A stretch of DNA of 64,000 nt from Acidilobaceae archaeon (GTDB taxonomy: Archaea > Thermoproteota > Thermoprotei_A > Sulfolobales > Acidilobaceae): NCBI GenBank assembly GCA_027051095.1, contig JALUAM010000002.1:14703-78702 (forward strand), given 5' to 3'. This document shows positions 9,823 to 18,162 of the stretch, piece by piece. The position numbers and the translations under genes are program-made. Numbering within the stretch: the stretch's first letter is position 1; each line of letters opens with the position of its first letter. Below the pieces are notes generated by a model. It was not told the origin of the DNA and did no database searches. It worked only from the letters and a program-made list of their open reading frames with translations.

Positions 9823-10525
9823 CCATGCACCCCTCCAGGCTTCTACATGCGCGTGAGAGGAGGTATAGCAGGTTCTCGACTTCCCTCTTAGAGGCTATAT
9901 TCTTAGCCGCGAGCCTCCTAACCGCTAGTACGACCTCGCCGGCCCTATCTGGAGGGGCTAGCCTGCTCGAGAGAGCCCTCGCGTATGCTTCAAGCAGCCT
10001 GAGAATGCGTTCGTCTACGGCGCCCCGCGTCACGACCGGCTTAAACCTCTCCTTGTAGAACACGTAAAGGTAGATCGCGGTGGCGTTTGTGAGGTTGAGG
10101 GAGGAGTACTTAGGGCTGGCCGGAATGCTTGAATAGATGTTGCACTTCTCGAGTTCGCTGCGGGTGAGCCCGACGCTCTCCCTGCCCATAACAAGTGCAA
10201 CAGTGCCCGGCGCCTCGACAGCTAGAGACGCAGCCTCTTCAGGGCTTAGGGGAGAGCGCAGGAGGTCGTCCTCGCTCTGGTAAGACGACGTGCATATGCT
10301 AAGCGTGGCCCCTCTAAGGGCTTCGTCCATGCTGTCAACTATGACTGCCTTGTCAAGCCTCCACGCAGCCCTGGCAGCGTATCTTCTAGCCTCGTCGATA
10401 TCTGCTTTAGGAGAGACGAGAACCAGCTCTTCTACGTCGAAATTCTCGGCGAGCCTAGCTATCATGCCAAGGTTTATAGCCCCCTCGACCCCCACTAGGA
10501 CTAGCCTCAGCCTCTCCAAGCCCAC
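9764..10525 (-). CDS. trmJ: SPOUT tRNA 2'-O-methyltransferase, TrmJ family
   Basis: NLGMIARL..NF, MGRESVGL, IPASPKYSSLNL. Confidence 0.85.
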   Translation of the reverse strand: MGLERLRLVLVGVEGAINLGMIARLAENFDVEELVLVSPKADIDEARRYAARAAWRLDKAVIVDSMDEALRGATLSICTSSYQSEDDLLRSPLSPEEAASLAVEAPGTVALVMGRESVGLTRSELEKCNIYSSIPASPKYSSLNLTNATAIYLYVFYKERFKPVVTRGAVDERILRLLEAYARALSSRLAPPDRAGEVVLAVRRLAAKNIASKREVENLLYLLSRACRSLEGCMDEVPRYLQPGGGGGSSGGD

Positions 10526-11148
10526 ACCGCCTCCAACCTCTCCATGAAGAAGCTCCTCGAGGCTAGGACCTCGACCCTCAAGCCCTTGGAAGCGAGGATC
10601 ACCTTAGGGTCGACGGGTGACAGCGTTGACGAGGCTACCAGAACCTCCCTTGCCAGCGATGCCCCGGCTGATACCATGGCTTCCATTAGGCCTCTGCCAG
10701 CCCACCATAGCTTATGCTCACAGTTCCACGGAGATACATGCCCCGGCTCCTCGTCGAGGTATGGGGGGTTGACTATGGCTAGGTCCCATCTACCCCTGAT
10801 GCAGGCGGCATTGGGACATACGGCTACCAGGTGCCGCGCGCCCAGGTTGGCTTTCGCCGAGAGTGCGGCACAGAAGCTTGCATCCACTGCTGCTAGCCTG
10901 GTAGCGCCTAGCAGCTTTTGAGCGGCTAGGGCTAGGACCCCGCTACCCGAGCCTATATCTATCACGCTATCATAAGCGCGCCCCCGCGAAGCCAATTCCT
11001 CCATAGCCTCTATGAGCAGCTCTGTATCGTCAGAGGGTGGATACGTGCACTCGTTTACAAGCAGCTTCAAGTTCGAGCCGCCGACTCGCACCTCGAGTGC
11101 GAGCAGGTCTCCGCAATGCGTAGCAGGTCCTCCGGGGCTAGCTCCCAA
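10507..11148 (-). CDS. HemK/Mtq2-related methyltransferase (start uncertain)
   Basis: YPPSDDT, DIGSGSG, NPPY, FFMERL. Confidence 0.8.
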   Translation of the reverse strand: MGASPGGPATHCGDLLALEVRVGGSNLKLLVNECTYPPSDDTELLIEAMEELASRGRAYDSVIDIGSGSGVLALAAQKLLGATRLAAVDASFCAALSAKANLGARHLVAVCPNAACIRGRWDLAIVNPPYLDEEPGHVSPWNCEHKLWWAGRGLMEAMVSAGASLAREVLVASSTLSPVDPKVILASKGLRVEVLASRSFFMERLEAVWAWRG

Positions 11149-11897
11149 ACCCTCCTACCCTCCAAGCCCTCCAGTGCGTCGGCCCTGCAGTTGAGCTGGG
11201 CTAGGCAGCGGGCTAGAACTTTTAAGGCCTTTCTTCTCTTCTGAGTGAAAGCGCAGGCCGCGATAGAGAGAGTTAATTCTAGGAGGGGGTTCCACTTTCG
11301 CCTCCTCCTAAGTATGACCACGGCGGCGTCGACCTTGGGCGGCGGTGTAAACCACTCTGCGGGGATAACGGAGTGTAGTTTGACCTCGAAGACTAGCGTT
11401 GAGAGAATGCTAAGCCTGCTGTAATCGTGGGAGCCAGGTTCTGCGGTCATCCTAAAGGCTACCTCCTTTTGCACGCCCAGCACTGCCGCCACGACGTTGT
11501 TGTTCCTAGCTATAGCCTCGATGATCATAGAGGAGAGGTTGAACGGCGTGTTAGAGTAGACGAAGCTGAGAGGCCAGGACCTGGCAGCTGCAACTCCGTC
11601 GCCGTGGACCACTGCAACGTTGGGCGGCGCCCTCTCGGCGAGAGCTCTCACAAGTCTAGGGTCTATCTCGATTGCAACTATGCGGTCGACGAGCCTTGAA
11701 GCCTCGAAAGTCAGGGAGCCGGGGCCCGGCCCGACCTCTAAGGCCTCAGACGGTCTAATCTCACTGAATGCGGATACGAAGCTGAGTATGCCCCTGTCAT
11801 CTAAGAGGAAGTGCTGGCCAAGCCTCTTAGAGGGCCTAAAACCCGCGCTCCTTAGGACCTCACGAGCTAGCGCCGCCGCCCTCATCGGCCCTAGCAT
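11067..11897 (-). CDS. ksgA: 16S rRNA dimethyladenosine transferase KsgA/RsmA
   Basis: LGQHFL, EVGPGPG, NTPF, QKEVA.RM, F.PPPKVD. Confidence 0.93.
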   Translation of the reverse strand: MLGPMRAAALAREVLRSAGFRPSKRLGQHFLLDDRGILSFVSAFSEIRPSEALEVGPGPGSLTFEASRLVDRIVAIEIDPRLVRALAERAPPNVAVVHGDGVAAARSWPLSFVYSNTPFNLSSMIIEAIARNNNVVAAVLGVQKEVAFRMTAEPGSHDYSRLSILSTLVFEVKLHSVIPAEWFTPPPKVDAAVVILRRRRKWNPLLELTLSIAACAFTQKRRKALKVLARCLAQLNCRADALEGLEGRRVWELAPEDLLRIAETCSHSRCESAART

Positions 11898-12843
11898 CCT
11901 CTACTCCGCCCTTCTTCCTGATCCTCTCTATATAACTCTTCCACATCCTCTCAAGGTAGCCTAGGAATGGCTTTGAGGCATCGCAGGGCTCCACGAACAA
12001 GTAGTATTTTACTTCCTCGTTGCAAGATAGCTCCTCCAGGATTTTCTCTGCAAGAGCTTCTACAGGGTCTATCTTAAGGTGCTTCTTCACGTCCTCGTAA
12101 CTGGATAACTGCAGAGCGCCTCTATCCCTCTCTTGGAGAAACTTTCTCAGAGTCTTCTTCCCTACGCCCCTCAGTGTCTCTATTGCGTGTAGCCTAACGT
12201 TTATGGGCTGTGCTATCCTGAAGAACTCGATGAATAGGTCCTCCTTCTCCTTGAGAAGCATCCTGACAGCGTCTGCTAGATTTGCCCTTGCAAGCGGGGT
12301 CAGGCTCTCGTAGGTTATAGGGCTGTGGGGGACGCTGACTATCTTGTCCGGGAGCCCCTGCCTCCTAGCCACATCCTCTAGGTCTTCAACGCTATCAACT
12401 ATTATGTATTTAGCCTTCTTGGTCTCCTCCAGGTACTTTTTTATAGTCTCTACTAGTTCTGCGCTGCCAGAAGGCCCTTCAACTATGTAGCAGAACATTG
12501 CCTTCTCCTTGGATTCTGTGTAGCCTGGGAGACATGACAAATAGAACATGTGGCCCCTGCTAGGCCTCCTAAAGCCTCGGGGCTGGGGCTCCTTGCCAGC
12601 TTCGACCCTCTCTATGACGTCTCTAGCCAGGGTGACCTTATCGAGGGGGTCTATAGGCTCGCTTAGCGGGACCCCGTCTAGGAGGTGAAGCCTCCTAGCG
12701 CCTAGCACCTGAACAACGGGGCGCTCCCGGTGCTCCCTGTGAGGGTCGTTGGGGTTGCCGTCAGGCATAATGTCGAGTACTATGCCCTCAACTTCCAGCG
12801 CTGCTATGTGGAACTGGCGTGCTATTCTCCTCTGCGGCTTCAT
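11860..12843 (-). CDS. DUF655 putative RNA-binding protein with internal insertion
   Basis: VLDIMPDG, VQVLG, FIEFF..AQPINVRLH, HhH LRGVGKK, KYYLFV; upstream of ksgA as usual. Confidence 0.85.
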   Translation of the reverse strand: MKPQRRIARQFHIAALEVEGIVLDIMPDGNPNDPHREHRERPVVQVLGARRLHLLDGVPLSEPIDPLDKVTLARDVIERVEAGKEPQPRGFRRPSRGHMFYLSCLPGYTESKEKAMFCYIVEGPSGSAELVETIKKYLEETKKAKYIIVDSVEDLEDVARRQGLPDKIVSVPHSPITYESLTPLARANLADAVRMLLKEKEDLFIEFFRIAQPINVRLHAIETLRGVGKKTLRKFLQERDRGALQLSSYEDVKKHLKIDPVEALAEKILEELSCNEEVKYYLFVEPCDASKPFLGYLERMWKSYIERIRKKGGVEDARADEGGGASS

Positions 12844-13022
12844 TATACTTCATCCCCCGCGGCAGCCCGCACCATTAACACTTAGGGAATCCTCAAACTC
12901 GCATAAGTTGAGATGAAGGTAGCCGGTGTTTCGCACGCTGGGGAGCCCGAGGGCCTCGGCTGGCACACAGTTTAAGACCTTTAACCCTGACCCTGCTAGC
13001 ACTATTCTTGAGGTGCGGGCTT

Positions 13023-13571
13023 ATGGGTTGCCTGGAGTCTGTGGGCCCCGGCGAGAAGGCCCCCGAGGTTGTCAACGTCGTCGTGGAGATACCTATGGGG
13101 AGCAGTGTTAAGTACGAGTTTGACAAGGAGGCATGCCTGCCAAAAGTTGACAGGTTCCTCTACACGAGCATGGTGTATCCTTTCAACTATGGCTTCATAC
13201 CGGGCACCCTGGAAGAGGACGGCGACCCTGTAGACGTGCTGGTCATAAGTAGGGAGAGCGTGGCACCCGGCTCTATAATAGAAGTGGTGCCTATAGCCCT
13301 GCTGGAGATGGAGGACGAGGAGGGCAAGGATAGCAAGGTTGTAGCTGTGCCCAAGCCGAAGCTAGACCCGTACTACGCTACCTGGAAGGACGTAGCAGAC
13401 ATACCCGAGCCTCTTAAGGAGAGGATTAAGCACTTCTTCGAGCACTATAAGGAGCTTGAACCTGGTAAGTGGGTGAAAGTCACTGGGTGGCGGGGCGCGG
13501 ATGAGGCCAAGAAGCTCATAGCTAGGGCTATAGAGAGAGCTAGGTCCTCGGGGGAGGCAGGCAGAGGTTGA
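13023..13571 (+). CDS. ppa: Inorganic pyrophosphatase (family I)
   Basis: [28 protein letters not shown]; GAGGTG RBS before ATG 13023. Confidence 0.96.
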   Translation: MGCLESVGPGEKAPEVVNVVVEIPMGSSVKYEFDKEACLPKVDRFLYTSMVYPFNYGFIPGTLEEDGDPVDVLVISRESVAPGSIIEVVPIALLEMEDEEGKDSKVVAVPKPKLDPYYATWKDVADIPEPLKERIKHFFEHYKELEPGKWVKVTGWRGADEAKKLIARAIERARSSGEAGRG

Positions 13572-14254
13572 AGAACACGATTAAGTATTCGCTTATTGCT
13601 TTTCTCGCACTCGCCCTTCTAGCTGCCGGTAGCTCGATAGGGGCGCTATCGCAGGAGCCTCTCGGCCCCACGCTGGTATACGTGGTTGAGGTCTTAGTGA
13701 CGGCTCAGGGCTCCATTGTAGGTTGGGAGCGCGTGGTCTACGAGTATAGTCTAGGCGCCGGCGCTGGGGGGGTCAGAGACTTCGTGGTTACAGGGGTCTA
13801 CATGGACCCGGGTGATGTGGGGAGGCTGCTTGAGAGAGCTTTGAGGGGGCCCGTGCCCAGCTTCGAGGCTAGCGAGGACCTAATCTACGCGGTCGAGGGC
13901 GAGGCTATACCCTACAGGTGCGTGCTCGACTCCTATGCGCCCTTGGCCATGAGCTATAGGGGTAGGGTTGTTGAGATGGTATTCCAGGGTAGGGCGTACT
14001 ACTCGCTGGAGGCGCCGGTTCCGCTTAAGGTCGAGATGCAGGCCTATATAGGCGAGCTGTCACTGCCTAACGGGGTGACCCTCAGGGACGTATCAGTGTT
14101 GTATAACGCTGTGCTAAGCTTAGCCTCGGAGCCAGTGTGCGGTGATAGGATCGCGGGCGAGGAGGTCATAGTGGCGCTAGCTGTAGCATCAGGGCTTGTG
14201 ATTGCGGCGGCTGCTTGGACCTTCATTAACAGGGAGAGGCTGAGGGTGTACTAG
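13568..14254 (+). CDS. Hypothetical secreted, C-terminally membrane-anchored protein
   Basis: N-terminal signal-like segment; C-terminal TM followed by basic tail; TTGA overlap with ppa stop. Confidence 0.7.
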   Translation: MKNTIKYSLIAFLALALLAAGSSIGALSQEPLGPTLVYVVEVLVTAQGSIVGWERVVYEYSLGAGAGGVRDFVVTGVYMDPGDVGRLLERALRGPVPSFEASEDLIYAVEGEAIPYRCVLDSYAPLAMSYRGRVVEMVFQGRAYYSLEAPVPLKVEMQAYIGELSLPNGVTLRDVSVLYNAVLSLASEPVCGDRIAGEEVIVALAVASGLVIAAAAWTFINRERLRVY

Positions 14255-14256
14255 GA

Positions 14257-14541
14257 ATGCCTGCTCTCAAGCTCAGGGTTCTCTACTGCGACGACTACTA
14301 CGGGTATACCCTTGAGAGCTGGCTGCGAGAAGTTAAATGGCTGCTGGACGAGGCATGCGGCGGCGTCGAGATATCCTCTGCTAAGCTGCCCGAGAACGAG
14401 TGTAGAGCGCTAGGCCACCCCGTGTACCTGGAGGCCGACGGGCAGATAATCATAGAGGGGCTACCCGGGGAGGAGGGGTACCTCATCGAGGTCCTCAAGT
14501 CCTCCAGCATATGCGGCGAAGAACGGTATATTACTAGGTGA
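14257..14541 (+). CDS. Small hypothetical protein, possible thioredoxin-like fold
   Basis: Operonic spacing; beta-alpha-beta pattern, then P-V-Y-L-E-A-D-G..GLP; four Cys. Confidence 0.6.
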   Translation: MPALKLRVLYCDDYYGYTLESWLREVKWLLDEACGGVEISSAKLPENECRALGHPVYLEADGQIIIEGLPGEEGYLIEVLKSSSICGEERYITR

Positions 14542-14565
14542 TTTAACTCTCGTCTATGCAAGGCT

Positions 14566-15012
14566 ATGGAGTGGGACGCAGAGTTGAACAAGGTAGCGCT
14601 ATGGTCCTATGTGGGTGTCTTCACGCTGATAGCGGCGGTGGCTATAGGAGCCTTTACCAGGGCCTACGGGGCCGGCCTGGGCTGCGGTCCTGACTGGCCT
14701 ACGTGTAATGGCGAGATAATACCGTCATTCGACTTCTACACAGCGCTCGAGTACTTCCATAGAGTGTTCGCGGGGCTCGGCTTCATAGTGATAGCTTATG
14801 CATCGTATCTCGCGTTCAGGGTGGGGGGCAGGGTTAAGGCGTGGGCCGCTGCGACCGTGCTCGCCCTGCTAGCCCAGATCATGCTGGGGGCAGTAGTAGT
14901 CTGGTACCATCTTAGCCCCCCGCTTAGCGCGCTACACACTACTATGGCTATAATCACAGTAGCCCTTGCCACAGGTATGGCTGTGGAGGCAAGTAGGATA
15001 GGAGAGGCGTAA
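14566..15012 (+). CDS. ctaA: Half-size heme A synthase (CtaA/COX15)
   Basis: GAGLGCGPDWPTCNG, EYFHR, QIMLG, ALH; 148 aa, 4 TM. Confidence 0.88.
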   Translation: MEWDAELNKVALWSYVGVFTLIAAVAIGAFTRAYGAGLGCGPDWPTCNGEIIPSFDFYTALEYFHRVFAGLGFIVIAYASYLAFRVGGRVKAWAAATVLALLAQIMLGAVVVWYHLSPPLSALHTTMAIITVALATGMAVEASRIGEA

Positions 15013-15130
15013 AATAGTAGAAAACAGTAGGACATAACCGCGCACTTACGAGTTACACTGCAGCGCGAGCACAGTAATTGTATAACTATTTTCTCATGCT
15101 TCTCCTATCCGTCTATAAAGGTGGTTACCT

Positions 15131-15502
15131 GTGGGAGAGGAAAAGTGTCCTCTCACAGCGGCTAGCAGGTTACTGTCTAGAAAGTGGAGTCTGGTCATAG
15201 TCTACTTCCTCATGGAGGGCGATAAAACCTTCACTGAACTTGAGAGGAGCATCAAGAACATATCTTCTAAGACGCTGTCTGAGACCTTATCAGAGCTCGT
15301 GGACATGGGCGTGGTGGAGAGGATCGTTGACCCGGGGCCGCCGGTAAGGGTCAAGTACAGGCTGACACCCATGGGCCGGGACCTTAGAGGGGTTATAGCG
15401 GAGCTGAGCAGGTGGGCCTGCAAGTGGATAATTAGGGGTAGCGAGGAGTGTAGCGAGGCAAAGTCGCTCTTCGGCGAGGCGGAAGCAGAGGGCCGGCGTT
15501 AG
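15131..15502 (+). CDS. HxlR-family winged-helix regulator
   Basis: CP N-terminus, KWSLVI, ISSKTLS, PPVRVKYRLT. Confidence 0.9.
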   Translation: MGEEKCPLTAASRLLSRKWSLVIVYFLMEGDKTFTELERSIKNISSKTLSETLSELVDMGVVERIVDPGPPVRVKYRLTPMGRDLRGVIAELSRWACKWIIRGSEECSEAKSLFGEAEAEGRR

Positions 15503-15569
15503 ATCCGTGAGGCGCCGATTGTTTCAAGGGATTAATGTGGCGGCGGGCCTATTCCTAAACGGTGCACTC

Positions 15570-16694
15570 GTGTTGGCTGAGAAGCGCACTCCCCTCTGGG
15601 AGCTACATGTAGCCCTGGGAGCTTCACCGGGCGAATTCGCTGGCTGGACTGTGCCCATGAGCTACACGAGCACTATAGAGGAGCACATGGCCGTGAGGAC
15701 TTCAGCCGGCATCTTCGACATAAGCCATATGGGTAGGCTGCTAGTGAGGGGAGAGCATGCCACGGATCTCCTAGAGATAATCTACACCAAGAGGATGTCT
15801 AAGACGAAGGTGGGCTTCATGTCGGGGCCTACGCTGGCGTTGAACGAGTACGCGAGGGTCAAGGACGACGAGATGGCTTACAGGCTCTCAGAGGACGAGT
15901 GGCTTATAGTGCCAAATGCTGCCGCCGCCGAGTTAATGGAGAGGCATATGAGGGAGGTTGCGAGGCTGCACGGCCTGAGCGTTGAGATCAGGGATGTGAG
16001 GGGCGATTACGCCCTCCTGGCCCTCCAGGGCCCGCGCGCTGCCGAAGTGATGAGTGAGCTGGGGGCTCCAGAGCTCGCCGAGCTGAAGCCCCTAGAGTTT
16101 AGGACGGGCGTTAGGGTAGCTGGCGTGGAGGCTTATATAGTGAGCAGGAGCGGGTGGACGGGGGAGGACGGGTTTGAGATCGTTGCGAAACCCAAGGCCG
16201 CTGAGGAGATATTCAGGAGGGCTGTGGAGAAGGGAGCCAAGCCCGCAGGCATAGCTGCGAGGGACACCTTGAGGATAGAGATGGGGTTCGTGCTGGGAGG
16301 ACACGAGTACGGGGAAGACCCGACCCGCTGGCCCTGCGCGGTCTCGCTGAGATACGGGATGGGAGCGATAGACTGGTCTAAGACCGGCTTCATAGGCGAG
16401 AAGGCGCTGAGGTCCTGCAGGAGGGAGGGGGTCAGGTGGGTGAGAGTAGGCCTAGTAATGAAGAAGAAGCATGCTAGGCTAGTGCCGAGGCAGGGATACA
16501 AGATTTACGTGGAAGACGTGGAGGTTGGGTGGGTGACAAGCGGCACCTATAGCCCGGTCCTGGGCAGGGGAATAGCGCAGGCCTACATAGACACTAGATA
16601 CGCCGTAATAGAGGAAACAGTTGAAATAGACGTAAGGGGTAGGAGGGGCGAGGCCAAGATCAGCGACTTCCCCCTCATCCCGGGCAAGAGGTGA
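15570..16694 (+). CDS. gcvT: Glycine cleavage system aminomethyltransferase T
   Basis: FAGW.VP, EEHMAVR, FDISHMG, ALQGP, RSGWTGEDGFE, ARDTLRIE. Confidence 0.94.
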   Translation: MLAEKRTPLWELHVALGASPGEFAGWTVPMSYTSTIEEHMAVRTSAGIFDISHMGRLLVRGEHATDLLEIIYTKRMSKTKVGFMSGPTLALNEYARVKDDEMAYRLSEDEWLIVPNAAAAELMERHMREVARLHGLSVEIRDVRGDYALLALQGPRAAEVMSELGAPELAELKPLEFRTGVRVAGVEAYIVSRSGWTGEDGFEIVAKPKAAEEIFRRAVEKGAKPAGIAARDTLRIEMGFVLGGHEYGEDPTRWPCAVSLRYGMGAIDWSKTGFIGEKALRSCRREGVRWVRVGLVMKKKHARLVPRQGYKIYVEDVEVGWVTSGTYSPVLGRGIAQAYIDTRYAVIEETVEIDVRGRRGEAKISDFPLIPGKR

Positions 16695-16700
16695 CAGTGG

Positions 16701-16829
16701 CTGGCAGCCCACGAGACCACCTACATTATAGCCGTCGTGGCAGCTTTACTGGGTGCAAGCCTACTACTCTCAATTTATAAAATACTAGGCGGTGCAGGCA
16801 AACGTGGAGGTAAGAGTCTGTGCGAGTAA
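16701..16829 (+). CDS. Putative 42-aa single-pass membrane protein with CTG start
   Basis: GAGGTGA + 6 nt + CTG; (M)AAHETTYIIAVVAALLGASLLLSIYKILGGAGKRGGKSLCE is one TM helix plus basic tail. Confidence 0.5.
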   Translation: MAAHETTYIIAVVAALLGASLLLSIYKILGGAGKRGGKSLCE

Positions 16830-17145
16830 ACAGATAACTGTTATCCTGGCACCTTGCTCCATGGGTTATAATTACACCCATGGGCATGATGTGATAATCG
16901 AAGTGTGTTATTGCGGGGGAATAAAACATTACGTTGATGTAGAGGAAATAGCTAAAATGCTGGCAGAGTCTATTAGAGAGGATATTATAAATATAGATTT
17001 GATAACAAAAAAGAAGTGCGCCTTAATAGAAGATTTGTTAGTATATTTAATTAATAAATTAAATAATAAAATAAGAGGATATAGGCTATGTTCTATTAGC
17101 GCTAAGTGGCATTGGGGCTATAAGAAAATATTTATTAAAATTTAA
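16804..17145 (+). CDS. Divergent QueD/PTPS-like (T-fold) protein
   Basis: HGHDVIIEV, VDVEEIAK and IEDL align with the HGH..EV, vDF..lK and T.E.L motifs; alternative GTG start at 16792. Confidence 0.55.
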   Translation: MEVRVCASKQITVILAPCSMGYNYTHGHDVIIEVCYCGGIKHYVDVEEIAKMLAESIREDIINIDLITKKKCALIEDLLVYLINKLNNKIRGYRLCSISAKWHWGYKKIFIKI

Positions 17146-17148
17146 TTT

Positions 17149-17982
17149 TTACCTGGCATATTTAACTAAATCAATATTTAATGATACATAATAATTTTTA
17201 GATATATTAACAGTTATTATTAGGCTGCCCGATGTTAATTCGAGTAGGTTGTTCGGGTTATTGGGGTCTTCGAGAGCTATTACTAGGTGTAGTGTTACCG
17301 ATTCGCCGGGTTGGAGCTGAAGCCTCCACAATGGAGCCAAGGGGTAGTAGTTCACTTGGAAACCGTCGTAAAGGTCTTTGACTGTGAACCCCTCTGCAAT
17401 TATATAAATTGAATCTATGTTGATATAAGTAGAGGGTCTAATATATGAATCCCATATTGATTGAGTGTTATATATAGTTCTGCAGTCAGGTAACTCGGTA
17501 GAAAGTATTATAGTAGTATCTGGATTAAGAGGGTCACTTCCCACAAAATCTATTAATCCGTCTCCATTCAAATCCTCTAGAAAATATAATTTAACGTTGA
17601 GACCGTCTTCAACGTTTAAAGCATTATATTTAATTGGGTACACTGATGCAAGATAATCGGTGATAAAGCTATTACCCAGTGTGGTCAACGGAAGCGCTGT
17701 TATATATACCGTGAGCGGTCCTCCCGCCACGTTATTTATGCTTATTGTGAAGCAATAAAGTGAGGGAGGCGTGGAAGTATCACTTTCACTCGCAACAACA
17801 GCAACCCTAAGAGAGTTTGCAGCCCCCACGATTACCTGGTTTATTGATAAGCGCTCTAAGAGCCGGGAAGCTTCTCCTTGGAATAGCGTGAAGACGCCTA
17901 GACCGAGTAGTATTGTGACTGCAACTAATATTACAATCGTTATTGGAGCTGCCTGAGCCCTAAATATAGCGTTATTTATCAT
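17149..17982 (-). CDS. Type IV pilin-like protein (class III signal peptide)
   Basis: FRA|QAAPITIVILVAVTILLGLGVF; DLNGDG Ca-binding-like loop. Confidence 0.7.
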   Translation of the reverse strand: MINNAIFRAQAAPITIVILVAVTILLGLGVFTLFQGEASRLLERLSINQVIVGAANSLRVAVVASESDTSTPPSLYCFTISINNVAGGPLTVYITALPLTTLGNSFITDYLASVYPIKYNALNVEDGLNVKLYFLEDLNGDGLIDFVGSDPLNPDTTIILSTELPDCRTIYNTQSIWDSYIRPSTYINIDSIYIIAEGFTVKDLYDGFQVNYYPLAPLWRLQLQPGESVTLHLVIALEDPNNPNNLLELTSGSLIITVNISKNYYVSLNIDLVKYAR

Positions 17983-18162
17983 CGTACTTTCACCCACCCA
18001 TTATTTACACGTATTTAAGATGTTAACGCGTTTTCACTTATTAGAGTTTGGCCGAACCCATATAAAATTGTAATCCCCGTTTTAACTTCAAACTAGCCGA
18101 CGGGGGGTGCTCTCCAAGGGGTTATTACTTCCACTTGATAAATTAATATTAGGGTGTAACGG

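Noticed and set aside
12915-12970. Branched hairpin ending in ACA between DUF655 and ppa as an H/ACA RNA
   Set aside because: No convincing k-turn or two-sided pocket; GC-rich DNA folds by chance
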